A DNA stretch of 64,000 nt from Lingula anatina (taxonomy: Eukaryota > Animalia > Brachiopoda). The notes under the pieces are model-generated. The model searched no databases. It saw only the letters and a list, made by a program, of their open reading frames with translations, and was not told where the DNA came from. Below are positions 39,714 to 51,218 of the stretch, in pieces (positions within the stretch are counted from its first letter, which is position 1; every line of letters starts with the position of its first letter). Location of the stretch: the NCBI GenBank assembly GCA_051362555.1, contig CM120640.1, positions 14,136,001 through 14,200,000 on the forward strand. The letters are read 5' to 3'. Made by a program: the position numbers and the translations under genes.

Positions 39714-40910
39714 TTAGAACAATCCAAAATTAATCTTATACCATGCAAAATTATTCCAGTTAGGTTTTGGACATTTAAAACTATTCGCTCTTTTCAAGTC
39801 ACTCCAAAACTGCTGTTTGATATCTTCTGGGTTGGCATGGATTGTTAACATGTGCTGGTAAGCGCAAAAATTGTACTCGTGCCCCGGCCAGAAGAAAGGA
39901 ACAAAACGTCCATCATGTTCTGGCGTAACCCCGGCTTTTTCTGCTGCAATCCCCAAGAAAGCGTCTTCCATAGAAAGATACGGCAACGTGAAAGCCGCGG
40001 ACAACAATTTCCGAGCGGTTGACATGGCCATAATGTAGCTCGGGCCGTTCACATACGGTGGAAATTTTGATCCAGGGTATTCATTTGCACCAACGTACCA
40101 TTTATCCAAGGGGTTTCGTATTGGAGGTTTGTCTTTGAAAACAAATCCCATAAAACAGTCCGATGCATTTTTCACCGCAGTCCGTGCGAGAAGTGTTCGC
40201 ACTACTAGTTTATACTGCATTATGATGTCGTCGTCTGCTTTCATGATAAATTTGGCTTTGTCGCAACAGGTAAGCGCCCAACGCATAGCGGATAATGTTT
40301 TTAATGTAAGATTCCTATATGTGTCATTAAAATCAATTTGTAAGACATCCCTAAAGATTTCAGCTTCCAACAAATTCCTTTCTTGTTGTTTATGATCAGA
40401 ACTTTGTCCTAACACAAATATCGTCCTGATACGCTCCCCCAGTGCTTGACTTATACTACCCCACGTTTTTCGCAGCTGAAGGCGTCTTTCGAAATTCTCT
40501 GGAGCAGACGGAACCATAACAATAAGAAACACACTATTATTGAAAATGTCCTTATGACAAAAATAACGAGGATTGATAATATAGTTGTACCTATGTACGT
40601 GCCAATTTGACTCCTTGTTTCCCTGACTCATCTGCGAAATTTTTTTCGAGTTTTCAATTTTCGTCTTCAAGATTGAATTCACTTCAAATGGTTTTTGCTC
40701 TTTGGTTAAATGCACATTTGCTTTTGTTGTTCGTTTGCTTTGTTCTGTTTTCTTTGTTTCTCTTGATTTGTTTCTGTTGTTTCCTAACAGATCATGTCTA
40801 TTAATATCTCTCCAGGTTGTGCAGGGAGCTGTCCTTAACAATAGGTAAAATGTGTACACTGCAAATATTACGAAAATAGCAGGAATCAAAAACCTTCTTG
40901 TCAGCGACAT
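39714..40910 (-). CDS. GT31 beta-1,3-galactosyltransferase-like, 398 aa, intronless (copy 4)
   Basis: Same motifs; close paralog of copy 3. Confidence 0.95.
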   Translation of the reverse strand: MSLTRRFLIPAIFVIFAVYTFYLLLRTAPCTTWRDINRHDLLGNNRNKSRETKKTEQSKRTTKANVHLTKEQKPFEVNSILKTKIENSKKISQMSQGNKESNWHVHRYNYIINPRYFCHKDIFNNSVFLIVMVPSAPENFERRLQLRKTWGSISQALGERIRTIFVLGQSSDHKQQERNLLEAEIFRDVLQIDFNDTYRNLTLKTLSAMRWALTCCDKAKFIMKADDDIIMQYKLVVRTLLARTAVKNASDCFMGFVFKDKPPIRNPLDKWYVGANEYPGSKFPPYVNGPSYIMAMSTARKLLSAAFTLPYLSMEDAFLGIAAEKAGVTPEHDGRFVPFFWPGHEYNFCAYQHMLTIHANPEDIKQQFWSDLKRANSFKCPKPNWNNFAWYKINFGLF

Positions 40911-42436
40911 GTTAAATTTTATCCTTTTTCTCTCCAGGCCTCCATGCTCTCAGCGTTCAGCATGATGTGCCTTCGTGTAACGACAGGACGTGATTGTAAT
41001 TAATACAGTGAACCACAATAAACTTAGTCACGCCAGCACTGTGCCTTACTCTTTTTTTTCCTTACCGGAGGGTAAGCTTAGTTGGTGCAAGGATAACCCT
41101 GTTAAAACACGTGTACATGTACATGTAACTTGCTATCTCACTTGCACTGGTTTAACTAGAACTGTTCCTTTATCTTTTTTGCTGGGGATTAAAAGTAAAT
41201 CCTTGAATCATTGAACCAAGCCGAGGTGTCAACTCTGAATACGTGCCTTTCTGACCAAATATTTGTTCTTTGCAAAAACACGCCCCTTCCTTGTTGTTTC
41301 TATGTTTTTTAATGATAACATTTAAATGGGAGATCATGTAGCACTGATATCAACGGAAATGACTTTGCAAAATGTTAAGTAATGCCCATATTTTTCGAGG
41401 CTAAAACGTTTTTTCATTTAGCAAATTGAAATGATTTCAAGAGATGTAGTATAGTAAATGGTCTAAACAACTGAAAGCCTGTGCTAGACACTTAAATAAA
41501 ATAATCTAATGTAGAGCAAAATGTCCAATTCTAGTGACATATATCTGAAAATAGATTATCCCTTCACATTTGATATTCATCATGTAAGATCAAAGATGCA
41601 CCACGTGGTGCTTTAATTCAATCGGATACCATGGTCCAGGTCTTTTGAAAAGTCGGCGAAGAAGCCAATAAATCGGAAGAAAAAGTTCTCGAACTAAAAT
41701 TCCAAAAAAGTTTCAGTAAATTTGCACTTTCTACACCACTGACAAGTATTATTTCTCGCCTACCGCGAGGAATGGGTCTGTTGAAAGAAAAGCAGTGGAA
41801 ATTCGTCACCAATGACCATCTACACGTAGGTGATACTGCACCTTTTAAAACGGAAAACATGTTTTGCAGAAGGTGTGTAACTCTGCATCTTTAAAATAAG
41901 GAAATCAAATCAAATTCTTCGCATGGTAATTGTCTTTGAATCATGCCACTAAGTCTCATTAACTGTCCATTAGCTCCATATTATAAACAGTTCACATAAT
42001 TAAAAAATCTAGGGAAAAGCTACAGTTCTGGTAAAAAAATTCTTTAAAAATGCAGTACATACGAAACTGCTACGAAAAAAATGGCTAGGTTGACTTGAAT
42101 ACAAATGCAAGTTCGAATTCCCCCAACAATGCCTTTATAAAGCAGAAAATGAATTCTTTGAAAAAAGTTAGCATAATACAAGAGAATTTTTAAAAAATGA
42201 TACAGATTTCTGAACAAATCTCACTAAAATTGAATGTACATTGTTACATTTCATAATGAGGTCTACACAAAAAATAATAATTTGAAAAAAAAAAATTACG
42301 CATAGAAGTAAGGATACCCGTACATTAGATCCACAGGAGTTTGGTCTCTGAGCAATCCCGTACACGAATTAGAAATAAATGATCAGTTTGTTCATGATAG
42401 CATAATGCAAAGTTGTCACACTGACATCAAGGTGTA

Positions 42437-42933
42437 CAGGGCCGTAGCCTGAGCAAAATGCCAGGGGGGGGGGGGCAGTAAGCAGACACGAGGGGGCAAA
42501 GCCCCCGATGGGGGGAGGATGTGGGAGGGGGTCTCCCCCTCCCACGGTGTGGAAAATATTTAAAAACTGTATGTATAATACTGCATTCTGGTGCATTTTA
42601 ACTGTTATTTATTGGTCAATCAGAAGTCAGAAATTGTGGGTTCATTTTGCCACAAGTACAGTCATTTTTTCAACACAACACGCCAATTGGCCTGGGGGAT
42701 AGCTCCCTCAGGGAGGGTGAGCTTTTTGGCATGAACTGAGTTGGATAAAAACAGTACACCTTTGTAAACAGATTGTTGAACGATTGTCTAGTGGCCATGA
42801 GTGCCTTTTCTCACAGAATTGATACCAACTTTGCAATTATTTTTATACCTTTGCGCTTATTTTTTTGCACCCCAATTTCCAGGGGGGGGGGGGGGCAGCT
42901 GCCCCCCCTGCCCCCCCGGAGGCTACGGCCCTG
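42437..42933. mobile_element. MITE with CAGGGCCGTAGCCT TIRs and 5-bp target duplication
   Basis: GTGTA|CAGGGCCGTAGCCT ... AGGCTACGGCCCTG|GTGTA, with internal poly-G/poly-C hairpins. Confidence 0.85.
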
Positions 42934-43618
42934 GTGTATCTGTAAGTATTTCAAAAATTATTAGTTTGTTGCAAAAGGATATTTCTGATCTGACCCGTGA
43001 ACAAGTCAGCATCAGTTTTTTACGTGATAGAGGCGCGGACAGTCACTCTTTTTTTTTTTTTTCAAGTCAGTTTGTCAGCCAATCTAGCAACCTTCCGTTT
43101 ATTGCCCCGACTTTGGCCGTGTGGCTTGCTAACATGCAAATTCGCCCCTCTACCAGAGTCACAGATGGATTTTTTAATAGATAGTCAGAGATATGTCTCT
43201 GGGTAATTCATGGCACGATTCTTTCGCGCTGGAGAGAAGTCCACATAATAAATCTGCGGCCCTGATAGAGGGTAAGTTCATACTTGAATGTAGTAGCTGA
43301 GCTCTCTGGGTGGTTTACCTGGTTGTGCTCTAGAATAAGTGTGTTTTCCTTAAGGGGGCACGTGTATGCCACAATTTACCGGTACATGTATGCATGCGTC
43401 GTCCTAAGCTTCCTTTCCTATATCAAGCTGTATAATTTATATTACATTGTTTGCGACGTGCGTCTAGTCTTAGACACGTACGTCTCAATTGCGAACTCCT
43501 TGCGAGTAAAGTTCTAAAGTACTGCTACCATTCAAACAAACCGCTTCCAACACTCAAACACCTGGGACAGCAAAAGTGATTAAGAGCATATCACTACAGC
43601 CACTACTACAAGCTGTAA

Positions 43619-43724
43619 GGGGGTAATTAACTTTCGTGCCCGCTCGGCTGACAGCTATTTAGCGTGAACCCCCATGGAGTTAGGTCGATCTAGTTGAATC
43701 GATCTAATCTCTGGGAATGGGGTC
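43619..43724. mobile_element. MITE family A, single arm
   Basis: TTTAGCGTGAACCCCCATGGAGTTAGGTCGATC..ATCGATCTAA..TGGGAATGGGGTC matches 1410-1470. Confidence 0.7.
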
Positions 43725-43802
43725 TAAGTTACCGCTTGTGGGGCGATATTTTTGCTTATTTCTTTGCAAGAGATCTGAAAATCAAAATAGTTCAAAATAA
43801 TC

Positions 43803-43873
43803 TGCATCGGCCGGGAATCGAACCCGGGCCGCCCGCGTGGCAGGCGAGCATTCTACCACTGAACCACCGATGC
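43803..43873 (-). tRNA. tRNA-Gly, anticodon GCC
   Basis: GCATCGGTGGTTCAGTGGTAGAATGCTCGCCTGCCACGCGGGCGGCCCGGGTTCGATTCCCGGCCGATGCA: intact acceptor, anticodon and T stems, A and B boxes, and TTTT a few nt downstream. Confidence 0.97.
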
Positions 43874-44236
43874 GTAGGCTACCATTGGCATTAGAAATTT
43901 GGCCACTCTCCAACCTACCCCATCCCTTTCAAACAACGTTGTTGTCCACAAATTTAGCTCAAAGTCAGGATCCAGTTGGGCAACACAAAAAACATATCAC
44001 AATATTTTAAAAACTAAGTAACCAATATGTCTTTTTCTTTAATATACCAATTTACATCTTTATTTCTGTGGGTCGCAGCGATTTACATAATCACAGGTAC
44101 AAATGTATATAGGTCTCATATCTCTGCCGCGGGATGCACTCACAGATGTGCGTGATGAATTCAATAACCAGCACAGGTATTAATTTTACGCGTTCACTGC
44201 ATCCTGAACAAGGAACATTGCTCATGTTATTTTGGA

Positions 44237-44298
44237 ATCGTCGTTTCTTATTCTATTTTAATTCTTTTAAGAATTAAAATAGAATAAGAAACGATGAT
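44237..44298. repeat. Near-perfect 62-bp AT-rich palindrome
   Basis: TCGTTTCTTATTCTATTTTAATTCTT-tt-AAGAATTAAAATAGAATAAGAAACGA. Confidence 0.95.
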
Positions 44299-45573
44299 GT
44301 GGTTTTTATAAAACCACAGCCGACTTTCTCAACACTCCCTCTTTGGCGCAACAAGGCATTTACAGGATAGCAACTGTTCATTTTGGGCAAAAATGGATTT
44401 GCCTGGGATAAACGACAATTTTCCCGTAGACCTACTTACCAATGAATCCGTTCCGACATTCACAGTTAGTCCCTGTTTTTTTTTTTTTTTTTTTCTTATA
44501 AAAAGTTTGGTTATTTGTTATATTATTTGTATATTATTCTGAATTTTGCTAAGACTTGGATAATCTTGTGAACCGCCCATGTCTTTATGTCGCTTCTGAA
44601 TCCCATGCTTTGCAAATGTAAATTTACATTTTCGGATTTAATGCAAAGAAAACAAAATTTTAAAAATATCGATTGGTAAAACAACCAGGAATCTTACAAA
44701 CATGAAGAAATTTCGGTTACGGTTCGATTTGGTATGCAAACATCAACAAGACGACATAGGACAAGGTGTGCTTGCATGCTCGTGGGCGTAAGTCCACCAA
44801 TGACGCTCACAGCAGATTGCATTTTTGAAATTGTTACAAACTCTGAATTTGAACGGAAATGTTTTAGATGAAATTCGATGAAGTCAAGGCATTAATGTCA
44901 ACTTTGACTAAAAGTTGCCAAGTACAATCTGTTGTAAAATCCACTTTGTCTATTATCAATTCTTGCAAAAGTCTTTCAAATATTAATATTTTTAACTCAC
45001 CCTTTTACATAAATTCTGTCTTTTAGTAACAATATTCAAATTGCATAAAATTTTGTTTTATATACAGATAAGATATTTTCTGTACCCGAATCGAATCGAA
45101 CACCCACTTTTAGAGTTCCACCGAGCCAATGAAAACGCCGAACCATTTTGCATATAATTGTTAAATATTTTATTTGGAGCAATATAAACTACAAGTGATG
45201 TATTCTCATATTTTCAAATATCCACTTGTTAAAGATTTTAAAAAAATTTTAATCACAATAAGTTTTGAATATTCAGATATGAAAAACAAAATTATTGATA
45301 TCTGCATGAAGACTCGCCTTTTAAAAGTCACAAAATTAGTCCAAATTGCCAAGAATTTCAAAATGTGGCATCCTTTCAAATACCATTTATCTACCATTGT
45401 TTTTGTTTCATTTTAACCATAAGGTGCTGTGATATGGCTTTTTCTACATTTAATACAACAAAATCCCAACAGTTAATGCTTTGAAGGAAAAAAACACAAT
45501 TTTACTCTTTTGAAAAAAAAAAATTGTCACAAACCGTTTGTGAAATAACTTTCAACACTATACTACAAGAGAT

Positions 45574-45697
45574 CACCCTGAGCTTCAGAGCTAACTTGAC
45601 ACTAACCTTTTCACTGTAGCCTATCAAGTAACTTGACACGATGGAGATAGGCTACAGTGAAAAGGTTAGTGTCAAGTTAGCTCTGAAGCTCAGGGTG
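45574..45697. mobile_element. 124-bp foldback MITE with perfect 52-bp TIRs and 8-bp target duplication
   Basis: CAAGAGAT|CACCCTGAGCTTCAGAGC...GCTCTGAAGCTCAGGGTG|CAAGAGAT; arms 45574-45625 and 45646-45697. Confidence 0.9.
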
Positions 45698-46326
45698 CAA
45701 GAGATACACTTCAATGAGGAATGTGAAAAAAATCCCCTAGAGACACTGATTATTGAAAAAAAAGGCAATTTAGCAATTGCAACAATTGCAACCTAGGCAA
45801 AATGGAGGGGCAAATCATGCTTTTACTTATACCACCTTGCATTCATATCTTAAAGTCCAAATATTTGTATCAAATTGCATGTACCTTTCTGAACATAAAT
45901 AGTGTTCTCAAGTTAGAACATGAACATCATTTCTGCGTCTGTTGCTCGATATGCTGAAGATGCTGTTGAGTAAGAATTGTTAAAAAGCAGCAGAATTATG
46001 AAAAAGGGAAACTTTGGATCATATGACTGTTCCCTTCATATTTATACAAAAGTGATGTCTGTTCAACAAATTAATGTCACAAATGCAAGCCATAATTAAC
46101 AAATTATTACAAAAAATATTGCACATAATATTTACCTTAACTTAAGAAAAATTGATAATATTAAGATTACAATCCAGATGAGAAAATTTAGTTAAATAAC
46201 AAATATGTTATTTCCATATTCTTTTTATGCACAGTTTAACAAGCAGGTTGGATTAGCCAAATCAGTTTGCAACTACATGTAATATTCGCAGAGTCTTAAA
46301 TGTGTGAAGTTTATATACTTCATTAA

Positions 46327-46538
46327 AGCCCCCTTTACACTGGACGGCATCCTTTCTGCGTCCAGCAGTACGGCCCCATTTGTGAGTTAAAAAAATATAA
46401 TACTTTATGTGCCGACAACTGGCCGATCATTGAGCATTCATTCCGATACAAAATCAATGCCCGTGCCTCCTTATTAAGACCACAGCGATGCCAAATTTCA
46501 TGGTCGCAGAAAGGACGCCGTCCAGTGTAAAGGGGGTA
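46327..46538. mobile_element. Harbinger-like MITE
   Basis: CCCCCTTTACACTGGACGGCATCCTTTCTGCG / CGCAGAAAGGACGCCGTCCAGTGTAAAGGGGG, flanked by TAA on both sides. Confidence 0.8.
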
Positions 46539-47557
46539 TAATAAAAAAAAATGATCGATTGTGGTCCATAAAAATGACACTTTTCACTCAACACAACAGC
46601 AAGTTTTCAAGCTTCAAAAGATTATACAGATACGAGTTTTAAGTGACTATATTTTGAGTCACCCTCGCTATGGAGATAAAGACTTGTGAATTTCACACAT
46701 GTTGATAGAATTATAGTAATTTGGAATCCCAAACAGGGTTCTCAGATCTTTGTTTTCGAAACAGTTTTGGATAAAGTAGACCTAAAGGGAAAATTGCTGA
46801 AATTTCCGGATTTTTTTCTGTTTGCTTTATTAAAGGTCTTACCCGTTACCGCATTGCATGCCTTCAAAATTGAGAACTTATTGTAATTCCATGAGTTCGA
46901 AGCGAGTGAAAATATTGTTAATGCTAAGTTACGATTGACGAGTGAAATGCTCGCTATTTAGAAAATAAAAAAAAAATATGAAAAATTTTTATACTTTGAC
47001 AAAATATCACGTGGGGATAATGTTGGTGGATGGCAAAACTCAGTGTTCAATATGCAGGCGTCAAACACATTCTTTTAATTGCACCAAGTTAAGTTTTCGA
47101 CAAATACCTAAAACCATTGTATTAGAACATTTCGTTGAATCGGCTAAAACTGAAATATCCATATACATGGTACTTGAAATCCTGACCGCCTTTCATCCAC
47201 AGCCTGGTCACTTAGAACTGAAGAAGTAACATCTCTTCCTAGGGTTCAGGTTTCAAATAATCCATCGGGACAGGAGGCAGGAAGTGCTAAGTGCCCCCCT
47301 TCCTATTTATCATGATCAATTACCATATTTGACAGACAAAATTTGATTAACAATGTACTAAAATAGCAATGCACAGGAAGCTTTTGTTTCTTGCATATTT
47401 CAAAATACATTAAATTAAATAAATTAAATTAAGCTTCAAAACCTTACACACCCCAAAGTAAAATGGCATTATGTAGGTCACTGGCTATCCTTATATGGTC
47501 TACTGCATGCTGCAATCTGAGCAGTTTTTGCCAGGTTTGACAAAACAAACCGTTCTA

Positions 47558-47573
47558 TAGCGCCATCTGGAGG
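47558..47573 (-). promoter_or_regulatory. Candidate CTCF site
   Basis: The - strand reads CCTCCAGATGGCGCTA, close to the CTCF core consensus CCACYAGRKGGCRS. Confidence 0.45.
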
Positions 47574-48622
47574 GGAACAGAAATGATCTTTTCTCTGCTG
47601 CAATCGGTAGCTTAGCAGATTGTCTTTGTGTGTGTGTGTGTGTGTGTGTGTGTTTTTGTTTTTTTTTTGTCTGTGCTTAATCTTCAGCACCACAGAAATG
47701 GCGATAATAATGCAATTCGGACTGGCATACATAAACAAATAGTCATTTATGAGAATAACACCAACAGTACATGTTATCTACATCTGTACGGACATTATCT
47801 TTGCTCAAGATCATTTTTGATCTGTTAATCATATAAATCCTAAATCCATGTAAAATGACCTTAAAATACTACACCAGACTACCATAATGTTACAATTTAA
47901 TGATAAAATAAATAAGCCCATTATTAGAATAGAATTAAATAGATGAAAAGTGAATAGATAAACTATCAAAATTGGTTAAGTACTAGTACTAATACTAGTA
48001 TACTACCGAATTGAAATTAAAAAAAGCACCGAAATGATATATATTTCATTATGAAAACTTCAGATAATAAAACAGGCTATGCAAGACGAACTTTGAGAAA
48101 GAGTCGATAGAGCAGCATCGCCGAATACTTCTGCAGTGGACTAGGGTCTACATGTAATAGCGGTGATTCCATTTTCGAACACCTATAGATCAGCATATCG
48201 CTGATCACGAGATTTGCGACAAAAAGGAAAGTATCAATTTCATTTTTTCATATGAATTATATGATTATATTACGTGTCGGTGGGTCCTTATTTTTTACCC
48301 TGTGGTATAGTACTCAAGATAACTTAGTGCTGCCTCGTGTTTATTATCAAGTGAGCGTGTCATTTGCATAAACAATGTCCTATAGGCTTATCTCCTGGTA
48401 GAAGATATCTAGAAATGGCACGTACCCACACACGAACTGACAACTAACTACCGAAAGACAAACGTTGTAAGAGCGGTGATATCTTTCATCCCACCATTCC
48501 TTATTTTTTATGTTATGGCGGCAACATTAGCAAGAAAAAGTGAAAGCAGCAGGTGTTAGATACCATTTCGTGCACTGTTGCTTCACAGACTGCAGACTGA
48601 AGACGTCCTTGGATAACTACAT

Positions 48623-49846
48623 ATGGAAAGAAAAGGGAGAGCAAAATATCTTGCTATTTGCATTTTACTCATCGCCACCATTGCCTTTATTAGTATTCAT
48701 ATGTGTGTTCGCACGAGAGGCTCTTGCAAGATCAGCAAGTTGAAACTGTTCACGGCACCGCACACATTAGTAAAAGAAGAGTTCAACAACAAGATGAACA
48801 TAAGCAGTAGAGTAGAACAACATTTCGAAAAGGATGAAGGTTCGATTAAAAAAGAATCTCCATTGAACCAGGCTAGGTATAGGATAATTAAAACACCGAC
48901 ACTGAGCAGTCAGAAGATAAAATCAACTCTGACTGCCGGAGAGGCAAGGCTTTCGACGAAAATGCATAATGAAAATATACACAAAGCACGGTACAGACTA
49001 AAGCTGAACGCAAAATGTCCACGTGAAAAAGACGTCTATTTAGTTACTGTCGTTGAATCGGCCCCTGGTTCATTCACAGACCGCCAACAGTTTAGAGACA
49101 CGTGGGGGAGCGTTAAAGAAACGGGAGGCAAATATGTCCACACTGTCTTCTTGTTAGGAGCAGCTCCAAACGTGTCAATTCAATCAATCGTGGAGAAGGA
49201 GAGTGAAAAATACGGTGACATCGTACAGTACGATTTTGTCGACACTTACAGGAACCTTACGGTAAAAACAGTCGCCGCACTGCGCTGGGTCCTGAAATTC
49301 TGCTCTCACGCAAAGACTATGATGAAGACTGATATCGACGTCATTGTGCAATACTCTTTACTCGTAGACTTCCTGCAGTCCGTGGCGTTGAAAACCAACG
49401 GGGAACTAATGTTATATTTAGGCTGTGTTCTCAAACACATGCCCCCAGTGCGAGCCACGTCGTCGAAGTGGTTTGTCAGCGAGCAGGAATACCCAGGACA
49501 CCGCTACCCAGATTATGTCGCAGGCTGGGGCTACCTTCTCTCGCTCCCCGCAGTTAAATCTGTTGTCCAGGCCGCACTGCAACTTCCATATCACCCGATG
49601 GAAGATGTCTTCGTTGGCATAGCTGCGGAAAAAGCTGGTGTCGCGCCTACGCAAAACAAATGGTTCGCTCCCGTGGTTAGTATGGGATATAGTTACTGTT
49701 ATTTCAAGCCGTTCTTGGTAATACACCTGCCCGGTAATCGGTTGATGCGGTTGCAGTTTTGGTTGGATTTGAAGCAGTTTAAAAATGATAGTTGTAGCCA
49801 CGTGAATCGAGGCGAACCACCAGAACACGTCTGTCAACTGCCGTAA
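48623..49846 (+). CDS. GT31 beta-1,3-galactosyltransferase-like, 407 aa, intronless (copy 5, divergent)
   Basis: TM anchor, RDTWG, DIVQYDFVDTYRNLTVKT, KTDID, YPDYVAGWGY, EDVFVG. Confidence 0.95.
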   Translation: MERKGRAKYLAICILLIATIAFISIHMCVRTRGSCKISKLKLFTAPHTLVKEEFNNKMNISSRVEQHFEKDEGSIKKESPLNQARYRIIKTPTLSSQKIKSTLTAGEARLSTKMHNENIHKARYRLKLNAKCPREKDVYLVTVVESAPGSFTDRQQFRDTWGSVKETGGKYVHTVFLLGAAPNVSIQSIVEKESEKYGDIVQYDFVDTYRNLTVKTVAALRWVLKFCSHAKTMMKTDIDVIVQYSLLVDFLQSVALKTNGELMLYLGCVLKHMPPVRATSSKWFVSEQEYPGHRYPDYVAGWGYLLSLPAVKSVVQAALQLPYHPMEDVFVGIAAEKAGVAPTQNKWFAPVVSMGYSYCYFKPFLVIHLPGNRLMRLQFWLDLKQFKNDSCSHVNRGEPPEHVCQLP

Positions 49847-51218
49847 TATCAGATACGCATTCTACAACTTTGTCAACGAGCGAATTTTCCATAGTTTGTT
49901 CATCAGGATATTACACTTTATTAAAACCGTTTCCGGTTTGGCTGATATGTTTGCAGCTTTAATAGTTTTATATTACTGGTGTTACACCAAAAGACTGTCT
50001 GTAGATAGATTTTGCTCAATTAACTACCACAGCCTGCAGAGGATGCAAGTGAAGGTCGTTTTGAAAAGGAAAATTCCTGAATAAGCTCAAGATTTTTGTA
50101 TCATCTTTATACGATATCACAATTTCAATCATAAAATTAAAAAAAACTGAACAATGGAAGATGAGAATTTTCAGATGGATTGTTCATTGGATTTTGGCGC
50201 AGTATTATATTTTAACACATACCCTGGTGTATCACCGTTTTTACTGGCATCATCGCAGATTTTTCTATTACTTTTCGCTTAATTGGGTTAAAATAAAATG
50301 TATAGGCATAAACATAAAAACATACGCAATTTCAATCTCTTTTCGTGAACTAAGCCAAACGTAGAATTGCACACAATTTGCACAGGATAATTTTTTTAAA
50401 GCAGAGCAAGGCAAATCCATCGCTTTAAACAACGTAATATACCCCAAGGACATGCCCAGGCGACCGAAAATGATTGTTGGTCGATTTACAATTACAAAAA
50501 TCCCATGAACTGTGCGTTCATTCAGGAAACCATGGGCAGAGCCAGAAGTACTGAACAACGAGGCAATGTTATTGCACCACTTCCTTTAATTACAAAATAA
50601 TTCAAAGTTTATAAAAACTTTACTTTGATCATATGATGACTGGAAGTAATAGACTGATTAAATGCTTTAAGTATACAATATCAGCACCAACTGTTTGTGC
50701 TTTGCTGTTCTCTATCTGATAAAGGACGTGTGTATTATCCAAAATAACAGATTGCGTAACTGAATTACACATGCAAAAAACAGTTAACTCCATTTTTTCT
50801 AATGGGCGCGGTCCTGTTTTTAATAATCAAGCAGTCTAGAACAGATGATATCAAGGTACATGTAGCACCGCTTGATGTAATTTCACTACTAAATAATAAT
50901 AATAATACAAAAACTAGCACGTCTCTTTAAATTTCCAGTAATGCTATTATTGGCCATATATTGTCTAGTACATTCTTTCCAAATAGAGAGAGCTGCCTTC
51001 CTCTATAATAATGTGCTGTGCTGCTCGACATATCAGACTTACGCCTATCTTATATAATAACTGACATGAGCAGCAAATCAGAAATGCAGTAAGCCATCAA
51101 ATCAAAAGCGTGTTTATCAACTACATTTACCATCTGTCTTAAAATGCACTGTATTACTATTTTTTTAAAAGTTTTTTTAAGGAATATTTTCAGTTTTAAC
51201 AACATGCTGATATTCCAC

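Noticed and set aside
23090-49837. Short ORFs overlapping or antisense to the glycosyltransferases
   Set aside because: These are shadow frames of coding DNA with no motifs.
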